DNA of 60,000 bases from Mobula hypostoma (taxonomy: Eukaryota): the NCBI RefSeq assembly GCF_963921235.1, contig NC_086097.1:140618001-140678000 (forward strand), written 5' to 3'. Below the pieces are notes generated by a model that did not search any database, had not been told where the DNA came from, and saw only the letters and a list, made by a program, of their open reading frames with translations. Numbering within the stretch: position 1 is the stretch's first letter; every line of letters begins with the position of its first letter. Shown in pieces: positions 23,454 through 34,670 of the stretch. The translations under genes and the position numbers were made by a program.

Positions 23454-26400
23454 CTAGTTATCAGAGAGTTCAATTTAATTCAAAGTATTGTAAGAGTTGA
23501 TACCTTAATGGTTAATTAAAGTATAGCTGATCATAGAAAAAAAAACTCAGAGGTAATGGAGCGAGTCAAGAACGCGACTTCACTCCATGAGCGCTACCGG
23601 AAGTCCCCCGGGCTATTTCCTTAAGCACTCTAGGATGCAGACCATCTGGCCCTGGGGATTTATCTGCCTTCAATCCCTTCAATTTACTTAACACCACTTC
23701 CCTACTAACATGTATTTCGCTCAGTTCCTCCATCCCACTGGACCCTCTGTCCCCTACTATTTCTGGAAGATTATTTATGTCCTCCTTAGTGAAGACAGAA
23801 CCAAAGTAATTATTCAATTGGTCTGCCATGTCCTTGCTCCCCATAATCAATTCACCTGTTTCTGTCTGCAGGGGACCTACATTTGTCTTTACCAGTCTTT
23901 TCCTTTTTACATATCTATAAAAGCTTTTACAGTCCGTTTTTATGTTCCCTGCCAGTTTTCTCTCATAATCTTTTTTCCCCTTCCTAATTAAGCCCTTTGT
24001 CCTCCTCTGCTGAACTCTGAATTTCTCCCAGTCCTCAGGTGAACCACTTTCTCTGGCTAATTTGTATGCTTCTTCTTTGGAATTGATACTATCCCTAATT
24101 TCTCTTGTCAGCCACGGGTGCACTACCTTCCTTGATTTATTCTTTTGCCAAACTGGGATGAACAATTGTTGTAGTTCATCCATGCAACCTTTAAATGCCT
24201 GCCATTGCATATCCACCGTCAATCCTTTAAGTGTCATTTGCCAGTCTATCTTAGCTAATTCACGTCTCATACCTTCAAAGTTACCCCTCTTTAAGTTCAG
24301 AACCTTTGTTTCTGAATTAACTATGTCACTCTCCATCTTAATGAAGAATTCCACCACATTATGGTCACTCTTACCCAAGGGGCCTCTCACAACAAGATCG
24401 CTAATTAACCCTTCCTCATTGCTCAAAACCCAGTCCAGAATAGCCTGCTCTCTAGTTGGTTCCTCGACATGTTGGTTCAAAAAACCATCCCGCATACATT
24501 CCAAGAAATCCTCTTCCTCAGCACCTTTACCAATTTGGTTCACCCAATCTACATGTAGATTGAAGTCACCCATTATAACTGTTGTTCCTTTATTGCACAC
24601 ATTTCTAATTTCCTGTTTAATACCATCTCCGACCTCACTACTACTGTTAGGTAGGCTGTACACAACTCCCACCAGCGTCTTCTGCCCATTAGTGTTACGC
24701 AGCTCTACCCATATCGATTCCACATCTTCCCGGCTTATGTCCTTCCTTTCTATTGCGTTAATCTCTCTTTTAACCAGCAACGCCACCCCACGTCCCCTTC
24801 CTTCATGTCTATCCCTCCTGAATATTGAATATCCCTGAACGTTGAGCTCCCATCCCTGGTCACCCTGGAGCCATGTCTCTATGATCCCAACTATATCATA
24901 ATCATTAATAACAATCTGGACTTTCAATTCATCCACCTTATTACGAATGCTCCTTGCGTTGACACACAAAGCCTTCAGGCGCTCTTTTACAACTCTCTTA
25001 GCCCTTATACAATTATGCTGAACAGTGGCCCTTTTTAATGCTTGCCCTGGATTTGTCGGCCTGCCACTTTTACTTTTCTCCTTAGTACTTTTTGCTTCTA
25101 TCCTCACTTTACACCCCTCTGTCTCTCTGCACTGGTTCCCATCCCCCTGTTGTGAACTAACCTTCTCACGCCTAGCCTCACGGACCCTGGCACCTGGGTG
25201 CAAACTACCATTCGTGTTTCTTTTTTGTGTCCACAGAATCATCTATCTGTCTCCCTGACTACAGAGTCTCCTATTACTGCTACCATCCTCTTAAATTTCC
25301 TGTCCTTCAGAACAACCGGGCCAGACTCAGTGCCAGAGGCATGGCCGCTGTTACTTCCCCCAGGTAAGTTGTCCCCCCACCCCAGTACTCAAAATGGAGT
25401 ACTTATTATTTAGGGGGACAGTCACAGGGGTGCTCTCCACTATCTGACTTTTCCCCTTCCGTCTCTTAACAGACACCCATGCATTAGCTCCTTGTAGCTC
25501 TTGTCTATCCCCTCCTCATTTTCTCTAATAATCTCAAGGTCATCAAGCTGCAGCTCCAGTTCCCTAACACTCTCTTTAAGGAGCTGCATCTCAATGCACC
25601 TGTTGCAGATGTGGCCATCAGAGAGGCTGGAAGTCTCATGGAAATGAAGGATGAACTTACCTACTTATCTCGTCGAAGCCTGTTAAGCCAAAGCCTTACC
25701 ACGCTGTCTCAGACCACTCTGACAATGACTGCTCTGCTAGACAGTACCTCTCTTTTATGGAGACTGGGTTTTACAAGCTCCGTTCCAGACCTGCACGGGT
25801 ATGCTTCTACTGCATCTGTGCCACCATCCAAACATACCGTTTGGGAGTCCCATGCACATCCACAGAATCTCCTGCCTGTTCCTCTGACTATCAAGTCCCC
25901 TTTCACTATCGCTCCCCTCTTTTCCCTCTTTCCCTTCTGCATCACAGACCCATGCTCAGTTCCAGTAACTTGGTCTCCATAGCATTCCTCTGGGAGGTCG
26001 TCCCCTGTAACAGTATACTCATATTGAGGGGAATGGCCAGTGTTAGGGTGCTAACTGTCTATTTGCCTTTCCATTTCTTCTCCTGGCAGTCACCTAACTA
26101 CCCACCTCCTGCAACTTTGGTGTGACTACTTCCCTGTAACTCTGATCAATGATCTCCTCACTCTCCCGTACAAGCCAAAGGTCATCCAGCTGCTGCTCTA
26201 GATCCCTAACATGGTCTTCGAGGAGCAGCAGCTGGATGCACTTCACACAGATATACTTCCCTAGGAGACTCTGGGTCTCCCAGGGCTCCAACATCTTGCA
26301 TGAAGAACACACAATGTCCATTTAAACTGCGCTAAGTGCCCCTAACACAGTAAGAGGAAAGAGAACTTACTCAGAGCCAACTCCTCTTCTGAGCTGAAGC

Positions 26401-27516
26401 CTCCTCTGAACCAAAACCTGACACTGGGCCACTCCCAACAATGGCTGCTCCGCTTGTCCCTTCTGTACTACTGTTTTCTCCTCTCTGTGCTGCTCCCGCT
26501 AACCTACGAGAAACCTCCTCACTGTCTGCTGCTCCCGCCGCTGAAATCCCTTTATGCTTTTGAAATAACAGGTAAATCAAAGCATTGGGGAGATACTCTA
26601 ATGCTGTCTCTACCACATGTTCCAAATTCAGTAATGGAATAAGTGAACCAACATCAGTTGTTCAATCCCGGAACTCAGTCTGTTCTGGTTGGGCAGGTCG
26701 TGATGTTCAGAATCCAACACCAGGCACACTCTTCCAAGATCTGTCACAGGTGGGTGGAGATTACCGGATGAGTAGAAGAAAATGGTCACAAATGTACCCA
26801 GAGCCACCTGGAAGAAATGCATCACTTCTTCTGATGCTGGGAATCACTGATTTATGCACCTTGAAGTGCAGAAGAAGCTTTTAGAGTGGTATTAAGGATT
26901 TGTAATCACTTTCAGCCTGCTGCTGTCCACTCAGACAGCACCAGCCCCACTTCTGGAAGGGATTGCAGTTCCCACACTGGCCTCATTAGTCATCACATAA
27001 CCAAAATCAAAGCAGGCTATCTTCAGTCCAATGGCAAGACAGAAAGGAGTTTTCCTCTTATGCAGCACATCTAAATCCCCTTGAAGTTTCTGGATCTTTG
27101 TGATTACTCACATTCCCACAGCTTCATGTCAGCAGAATCAGAAATCTTCACATTTGGTTCCCTCTTTGACCAAGTAGTTGAGTGCTTGTACCAATTCTCG
27201 CAGTACCCTAGAAATCATAACCTGCCAACTTGAGAAAGATCTGCTTATTCCCAGTCTTTCAAGTTGTTAGCCAAATCTCAAAGTACACTCGTATATTTCC
27301 CCCAATTCCATGTGCTCTAATTTTGTTCATTAGTATCCTTGTTTAAGGCTGCGACAAGAGTCCTTGACAAGGACAGCTTGAACCCTAATGTTGGAGTATC
27401 CGAAGCAAGGAGCAGGACACAATATCGAACTGGATCAAGAAGACCACAGAACAAATACTAGGCAAAATCAGTAGTAAGGCCATCAACCCACAGCTCAGGT
27501 GTTCCTTATGTCAGTA

Positions 27517-28588
27517 TGTAAACTTAAAAAAACTGCCAGACCAAACAACCACAGCACAAAAGATCGTTACTTATCTTTTCACCCGTTTATTTCTTTCAGC
27601 TCAGCCGGCGAGTGAACTTGGTCCCGACATCAGGGGAGAAGCATTCTCATCCCTCCGGTGGTTCAACAAGTTCACTGCCTGATGTCAGAATTGTTAGAAG
27701 TTATAAGGCCACCGATACAAAAGAACAATCAGTTTGATAAGCATAACAGCCAAGTCAATGAACTATTGATATAAAAAAGTTTTTGGTTTTCGGTCACGCG
27801 CTGGGCACTCAGAGAGATTCGGTGGGGGGCCGTGGTCAAGTGATTGGTGACTTGGGCTGGCTCCCCCTACCAAACTTAGTCTGGTGAGGAAGGTGTGAAG
27901 ACACCCAGCAGGACCAAAAAAAAACAAGACCTGACAAAGGGCAGATGAGCTCCTTGTGAGCCAACGGCCATCTTCCGTGGAAGAGATTAAAGCCTCACCA
28001 CGTATCTACAAATCGTACGCTATGTACCTAGTTAGAAGAGACATGATGAACTTGGGCGCTGCACCGTGTGCCTGGACCTGCCCAAGGCCTCCGCCTAAGG
28101 AAGGGCTGAGCTCAAAGAAGCAGCCGCGGCTGGAGGCCGACACGGCCTTGGGCTCAAGTTTGGCAGGGGCAGTGGAGGGCGGTGCCAAGGCGGCCAGCGA
28201 GAACAAACTGATGGAGAGGCTGTACTCGGTGCTATCACAAGATCAAAGAAGATGGAGGTGCATATCCGCCAACCCCGGATTAGGGACGGCACCCACTGAC
28301 TGACTGACTGACAAAAGAACAATCAGTTTGATAGACACTCCAGCCATTTTAATTAAGAAAGGAATCTCCTGTCTAATTTCCATCAGGTACCGCCTTTTGT
28401 TGAAACCAAAAGGTGTGAAGAATCAGGAGGAATCGTATTGTGGATCTGGGCGAACTTTTACCCTTATCTTGCTCCAAAGAGGCAGCTGTAAGACATTATT
28501 CAAACACACTGCAGTCACAGACATAGTTGGTACTTAACCTATTATTTACAAGAATCTGAGAATCCCCCAATTCCCTTAAACTTTATCA
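27517..28588 (-). mobile_element. Solo LTR 1 (TG...CA, 4-bp TSD AGTA) carrying a ~530-bp insert
   Basis: AGTA at 27513-27516 and 28589-28592. Homologous along its length to 29890-30557. TATA-like TTATAA (~27701) and AATAAA (~27586) on the minus strand. Confidence 0.85.
27780..28311 (+). mobile_element. Short retroposon with an RTE/RTE-X-like 3' end and (CTGA)n tail
   Basis: Absent from the sister LTR; ends ..QDQRRWRCISANPGLGTA followed by (CTGA)4; CpG-rich. Confidence 0.55.
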
Positions 28589-29889
28589 AGTAAGACAAAA
28601 GAGCTGATTGTAGACTTCAGGAAGGGTAAGACGAAGGAGCGCGTACCAATCCTCATAGAGGGATCAGAAGTGGAGAAAGTGAGCAGCTTCAAGTTCCTGG
28701 GTGTCAAGATCTCTTAGGATCTAACCTGGTCCCAACATATCAATGTTGTTATAAAGAAGAAAAGACAGCGGCTATACAGTACTTTATTAGGAGTTTGAAG
28801 AGATTTGGCATGTCAACAAATGCACTTAAAAGCTTCTATAGTTGTACTGTGGAGAGCATTCTGACAGGCTGCATCACTGTCTGGTATGGAGGGGCTACTG
28901 CACAGGACCGAAAGAAGCTGCAGAAGGTTGTAAATCTAGTCAGCTCCATCTTGGGCACTAGCCTACAAAGTACCCAGGACATCTTTAGGGAGCAGTATCT
29001 CAGAAAGGCAGCATCCGATATTAAGGACCTCCAGCACCCAGGGCATGCCCTTTTCTCACTGTTGCCATCGGATAGAAGTTACAGAAGCCTGAAGGCACAC
29101 ACTCAGCGATTCAGGAACAGTTTCTTCTCCTCTGTTATCCAATTCCTAAATGGACGTTGAAGCTTTGGACGCTACCTCACTTTTAAAAATATACAGTATT
29201 TCTGTCTTTGCACATTTTTAAAAATCTATTCACTATACCTACCTAATTGATTTACTTGTTTATTTATTATTATTTTTTATTTTATTATCATTTTTCTCTC
29301 TCTCTCTGCTAGATTATGTATTGCATTGGACTGCTGCTGTTAAGTTAACAAATTTCACGTCACATGCCGGTGATAATAAACCTGATTCTGATTCTGAATT
29401 CTTGAGCCATGATTTCCAATTAGTGGAACCATCCTGAACCTTTAAAGGGGCCACATCAGCTATCCATACTCCACTGAGCTTGGGCATCTAAATCCCAGAA
29501 GCTGGTGCAGTTGGGGGCATCTCATAACAGGACGCCTCCCCTATGGCTGACTCCTGATGGTCCCGGCTGCTGAGAGAGGCAGTGATGGTAATTGTGGATG
29601 AGAGCTGGATTCAGGATGTCTCTTTGGGGCACCCAACACCTTTCCTCAGGTCTGAATCCTCATGATGGCCACGAATCTCTGACCTGCATACACAATGCGC
29701 AGTAGCCCAAGCCAGAGCTCTTCCAGTCAGAAGAGAGATAATGAAAGCCATCTTTCCACACTCCAGAGGGAACCAGGACAGTTGGAGTTCAAAAGCTAAT
29801 GAGCACTGCATGAGGAAGCCACAGCAAGAGCCCACGCCACTGTCAAATCTCTGTGGGGTCAGAAGATGGACTGGCTCCGCAGAGCGACC

Positions 29890-30557
29890 TGTAAACGTAA
29901 CTTTGCTGGATCAAATAACGACAGCACACAAAGATCGTTACTTATCTTTTCACCCGTTTATTTCTTCGAGCTCAGCCAGCGAGTGAACTTGGACCCAACA
30001 TTAGGGAGAGAATCTTTCTCATCTCCCCGGCGGTTCTACAAGTTCACTGCTCGATGTCAGAATTGTCAGAAGTTATAAGGCCACCGATACAAAAGAACAA
30101 TCAGTTTGATAACCATTCCGGTCAAGTCAATGGACTATTGATACAGAGAACAATCAGTTTGATAATTATTCCGGTCAAGTCAATGGACTATTGATACAAA
30201 AGTGCAATCAATATGTTAGACACTCCAGCCATCTTAATTAAAGAAAAGAATGCCCTACCTGATTTGCTGGAGCCACAACTTAATTACAAAGATAAGAACA
30301 TCCGTCAAATTTGTGCTTTAATTAAGAAAGGAATGTTCTGTCTAATTTGCATCAGGTACTGCTTTTTGTCAAAATCAAAAGGTGTGAAAAGCCCAGAGAC
30401 ATCTTATGTGGATCTGGGCAAACTTTAACCCTTATCTTGCTCCAAAGAAAGCAGCTGTGAGACATTATTCAAACACACTGCAGTCACAGACATAGTCAGT
30501 ACTTACTTCATTGTTTACAGGGAACTGAGAATCCCCCATTCCCTTAAACTTTTATCA
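29890..30557 (-). mobile_element. Solo LTR 2 (668 bp, TG...CA, 4-bp TSD GACC)
   Basis: GACC at 29886-29889 and 30558-30561. Internal ~52-bp tandem units (GATAC..AGAACAATCAGTTTGATAA..CAAGTCAATGGACTATT). Inserted in the sushi-like gag. Confidence 0.88.
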
Positions 30558-30859
30558 GACCGACAACCTCACCTGAGCAACTTTGGCTACCCTCCTGCAA
30601 TAGTTGGCAAACGGCAACCTGGCGGTTGTGTCTCTCCAGGCTCTGTCTTGAAATTTTCTTGCTGTGGCTGACCACAGAAGACAAAAGGCCCCGTCACCCC
30701 ACTGGGTCCATGTTGGCTCAATCGTACTGTGGTGAGAGTCCTTGACAAGGATGGCTTGGACCCAAATGCTGAGGTATTCAAAGCAAGGATTGTGCAAGTG
30801 GCATGATTAGGGGTGTCTCGTAACAAAGGCTTTTTGAAAATCCAAACACACCGCATCTA

Positions 30860-31680
30860 GTCATAAAGTTATACAGCATGGAAACAGTTCCTTGAGCTCA
30901 ACAGATCAGTGCTGACCAGGTGCATACATAAGCAATTCCTATTTGCCTGTGTTCGACCCATATCTTCCTAAAGCTTTCCTATCCATGTACCTGTCCAAGT
31001 CTTATAATTCTACCCACCTCTACTCTGGCAGCTCGTTCTACATACCCACCACTCCATGTGTGAAAAAAAAACTCCTCCTCAGGTCCCCTTTAGATCTTCC
31101 TCTCTTCTTAAACACATGTCGTCTAGTTTTAGAATCCCCCACCCTTTGAAAAAGACTGATCATTCACCTTGTCTAAGCCACTAATGACTTTATAAACATC
31201 ACCGTTCAGCCTCCTGCCTTTCGGGGAAACAGTCCCATCTTGTCCAGTATCTTCTTATAACTCAAGCACTCAGTCCCACTAATACCCTTCTAAATCTTTT
31301 CTACTTAATGACATATTTTCAGTTTAATGACATATTTTCTCTAGCTAGGTGACCAGATTTGTGCACAATATTCCAAGTATGGTCTCTCTAAAGTCTTGTA
31401 CAGCTGAAACATGACGTCCCGACACTTGTACCCATTACACTGACCAATGAAGGACAGCATGCCTCTTCACCATCCTATCTACCTGTGTCATCCTTTTCAC
31501 AGAATTTTGTATCAGTACTTCTGAACTTTCTGTTCTATAGCACTTTCCAGGGTCCTGCCATTTTCTGTGAATGTCTTGCCTCGGTTTAACTTACCAAAGT
31601 ACAACACCTCACGTTTGTCTGAGGTAAATTCCGTTTGCTATTCCTTGGCACGCTTCCCCAGTTGTTCTAGATCCACCAAT
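30860..31680 (-). mobile_element. Degraded CR1 3' fragment
   Basis: Recognisable CR1 ORF2 C-terminal and 3' UTR sequence, many stops. Confidence 0.6.
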
Positions 31681-33062
31681 ACCTCCTATTTCATAATGCA
31701 GATATGTTCCAAGACTTAGCACTATTCCCTAGCTTCTATGATCTACTGGGTGCATCTCATCTATTAGATAATCCTCAGCGCACGTTTGTCTCTCCTTATT
31801 ATCCCAGTGTTGGGATTCGAGCGTTAGCCAAACAATTGAGAAAAAAAGGATTTGTCCTTCCGCAGACATTTACAGGCCACCCAGTAGTTTCTTGCTCTCA
31901 AAACAACAGATAAGAGGAACTTATTTTCATAATTGGTGCTCTGAGATATAGGCTGGTTGGCTCTGTATAAGCACTCATCTCTTTTAGTCCTTCCCCTCAG
32001 CTCAGTCAATTTGATCCCCATCATTTACTTAGATGCCTAAATTATTCAGCTAGGCTGCTTCTGTGGCTGTTTTCATACTTGCTGCCTACTGTGAATGCTG
32101 TCACAAGTAGTGTTCTGGGGCTGGTGGTTTAAAAACCATAGCAAAGATGATACTGGAAGCTACTGCAATATTCTGTTTCTCAGTCCCACATTTGAATCAT
32201 CGCTTCAGAAAGTGTCATTTACCGTTTAACTTAGGGTTTTCATTTCCTTCAGCTAGTCGCTCTGTAATTTTTCTTTGGTGGAAATTGAAGCAAAGTGATT
32301 TGCAGCGAGTGAATGTGGAGGGAGGCTGTGCTCAGTGACCTACGGCTACACCTGGCATTTCCTGTTGCAATGTGTGCTTCCTGGGATGAATTCAGGTTAC
32401 CCCTGTGAAAAGTTGGGGATCTCTCTTTTCCAGTTATTTCCAGACCCTGTAGGTTGCTACTTTTACTCTCTGAAAGGAAGTTTAGAATATTTCCTACTGC
32501 CTCCACAGTAATTCATTAATATGTGGGAATAGATGTTGAGAAGATCATAAAGTAGTGGCTGATTATGGTGACCATTCAACCCATTTACATCTTCTGTCCT
32601 CCACTAATATTTCCATTTCTATAGAAGCACATTATGTCCGAGGGAACAATAAAACAGTTCCCTTCTTTCACTTTGCATTCATTCTAACAGACAGGCAATG
32701 ACAGTCATACTGATGGACTCCAATAGCAAATCTCCTCTAAACTTAGATGCCTAATAGGAAGATCCTCTCTCCAACACAACACAACTCACAAAACAGCTTA
32801 AGATCAGGCAGGTAGATAGAGGGGTACAGTATATACATTATTGATGTGTCTGCTGAGGCACTAGGTCATGTGGAGCATTATACCAATAGAAGTTCTGCAC
32901 ACGATGCATTGAGGAAGAGTCAGGGTGTTTGAATTCTGACAAAGGCTCTGTCCAGATCTCATCAAGGAAACGTCAGCTTATTGGAATGTTCTTTCCACTT
33001 TGGTGTTAGTTTCTGACTGATTATATTGCAGCCTAATGGAGCTCTTTGTCCTTTTGTATCAG

Positions 33063-33212
33063 GTCAATAACATTCCCAAGGCCATCTCAGCAGCACATAC
33101 CTTTCTCCAGAAGCACCCTGATGATACAATGATGCAGCAGAACATGGCTTATTACAGCAGTTTACCTGGCTCTGATGAGTTCATTAATGATCTGGAAGTG
33201 AAAAGCTATGAG
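33063..33212 (+). CDS. CRTAP: CRTAP exon 2 (150 nt)
   Basis: [67 protein letters not shown]. Confidence 0.96.
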
Positions 33213-33927
33213 GTGAGTGGAAGGCATGAGAATGCCCCTGGCTGGGACCTCTTCCAGCCGTTGGTGCCGATTAACTGAACTCTTGACAGCTTGCACTCAT
33301 TCCTCAAACACACTTCATTTACTTGTGCACAAGGAGAGCAGCATGGCCCCTTTCATCACACTACTCTGAAACCTGAACAAAGAAATGCCAGTTTTATACA
33401 GAAATTGACCAGTTTTATACATATAATGATCCAATAGAAACTCTGTGCACTTCTGAATCCCATCATTTCTATATTTAATTGCCAAACATAATGGATATTT
33501 CAGTCATTCTTCACCAATTAAGTCCATGCATTAAAGGACGATACTTGAGTAGTAATAAAATAATGGTCCAATAGTAAGTGATGCTGTAGAATCCTTGGCT
33601 TGCATCTTTACCTTGTCTTGGTATACTCAGTGACCTTGGTTCCCAGGCTTGAACAGAAAGGCTGCGCAAAAGTTCTTTAAAACGTCCTGTTCAGCCTGGG
33701 TGACTGCACACTGTCTCTGACAGCTTATCATCTTGACTGTTGCCTCAGTGAGCTTTCACACAGTAAAAGGCTGTACAAAGTGTCTGCTCTATTCGGTTAG
33801 CACATATTTTAACATTTACTTTGCTGCAAATCCCACACAGACACTGTTGCTTTCCCGTGTGTCTGAACTGAGTGGAGGAACAGAGCAAAGATAGTCACTA
33901 AAATGGTATATATGAGTAGAAAGATAA

Positions 33928-34322
33928 GTAGAACATAGAATAGTACAGCACAGTACAGGCCCTTCGGCCCACAATGTTGTGCAGACCCTCAAACCCTGCC
34001 TCCCATATAAGCCCCCACCTTAGATTCCTCCATATACCTGTCTAGTAGTCTCTTAAACTTCACTAGTGTATCTGCCTCCACTCAGGCAGTGCATTCCACG
34101 CACCAACCACTCTCTGAGTAAAAAACCTTCCTCTAATATCCCCCTTGAACTTCCCACCCCTTACCTTAAAGCCATGTCCTCTTGTATTGAGCAGTGATGC
34201 CCTGGGGAAGAGGCGCTGGCTATCCACTCTATCTATTCCTCTTATTATCTTGTACACCTCTATCATGTCTCCTCTCATCCTCCTTCTCTCCAAAGAGTAA
34301 AGCCCTAGCTCCCTTAATCTCT
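33928..34322 (-). mobile_element. Young CR1 3' end
   Basis: ERRRMRGDMIEVYKI..TRGHGFKVRGGKFK..FFTQRVVGAWNALP; tail AGAACATAGAATAG. Confidence 0.8.
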
Positions 34323-34324
34323 GA

Positions 34325-34670
34325 AAGTGAGGGAGAATGCAGAGATTCAGAGAACCTAGTGTGAGTGGAGAAACGAGTGTCTGATGGTATAGAAATCCAG
34401 TGAACCCTGTTTGAGTGGAGAAACCAGTGACTGATAATGCAGAGATCCAGTGGACCCAGTTTGAGTGGAGAAACCAGTGACTGGGTTGAGATCCAGTGAA
34501 ACCACTGTGAGTGGAGAAACCAGTGACTGATGATGCAGAGATCTAGTGGACCCAGTTTGTGTGAACCCACTGTGAATGGAGAAACCAGTGGCTGGGTGCA
34601 GAGATCCAGTGGACCCAGTGTGAGTGGAGAAACCAGTGGCTGGGTGTAGACATCCAGTGGAACCACTGAC
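34325..34670. repeat. Composite ~45-50-bp tandem repeat (GAGTGGAGAAACCAGTG..GCAGAGATCCAGTGGACCCAGT)
   Basis: About 7 imperfect units built from CCAGTG sub-repeats. Confidence 0.8.

Larger units (their letters stand above)
19304..23609 (-). mobile_element. L1-clade LINE with both termini, 13-bp TSD and internal ORF2 deletion
   Basis: TSD GGGCTATTTCCTT at 19291-19303 and 23610-23622. 5' end GGGGGACTTCCGGTAGCG; 3' AATAAA plus an A-rich tail; contains ORF1 and a split ORF2. Confidence 0.93.
17775..25177 (-). mobile_element. CR1-C: young 5'-truncated CR1 with near-intact EN+RT ORF2, interrupted by an L1
   Basis: (ATGTTTCT)n tail at ~17767-17790. ORF 23566..25242 (APE EN: LCVNARSIRNK, ETWL, GDFN, SDH) joins across the L1 TSD to QEIVDALVIIFQNS (ORF 18299..19282, RT KFADD). 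One frameshift near 18527 leads into ORF 17863..18783. Confidence 0.92.
14877..25760 (-). mobile_element. CR1-B: near full-length CR1 nested in CR1-A (14877-17774 plus 25178-~25760)
   Basis: 3' end AGACATAGGAGCAG at 14877, then decayed ORF2. ORF1 reads PGARVR|DVSEHIHNILKREGEQPEVIHIGTNN when 25178 is joined to 17774. Confidence 0.8.
11703..26590 (-). mobile_element. CR1-A: old, near full-length CR1 split by nested insertions (11703-14876 plus ~25830-26590)
   Basis: Decayed ORF2 motifs at 11788-14250. SGNH-like ORF1 half RVNDV..DVLVHIGTNDTG ends at 14876. The complementary ORF1 half (CSSC..CVKC..RDLEQQLDDL..GDLIVRGTGRRFC..DSQTVCL) lies at 25830-26321. Confidence 0.7.
27505..29397 (+). mobile_element. 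Rex1/Babar-type LINE 3' fragment, split by a solo LTR
   Basis: VSKTKELIVDFRK is restored across the LTR TSD. ORF 28795..29160 ESILTGCITVWYG...RFRNSFF; tail CTGATTCTGATTCTGA. Confidence 0.8.
27350..30825 (-). mobile_element. Sushi-like (Ty3/Gypsy) LTR element remnant, internally deleted, 5-bp TSD AAGGC
   Basis: AAGGC at 27345-27349 and 30826-30830. LTR pieces sharing GAGTCCTTGACAAGGA..AAGCAAGGA start at 27350 and 30728. Gag ATG 30711 (ATGGACCCAG) just after the LTR; gag motif GFLMQCSLAFELQ..MAFIISLLTGRALAWATA. Confidence 0.8.

Noticed and set aside
23566..25242. 558-aa ORF as a standalone gene
   Set aside because: Chimeric: a few codons of host CR1-B ORF1, then CR1-C ORF2, then read-through into the L1 5' end.
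27517..30557. Single provirus bounded by two LTRs
   Set aside because: Each LTR has its own distinct TSD, and the interior consists of unrelated elements.
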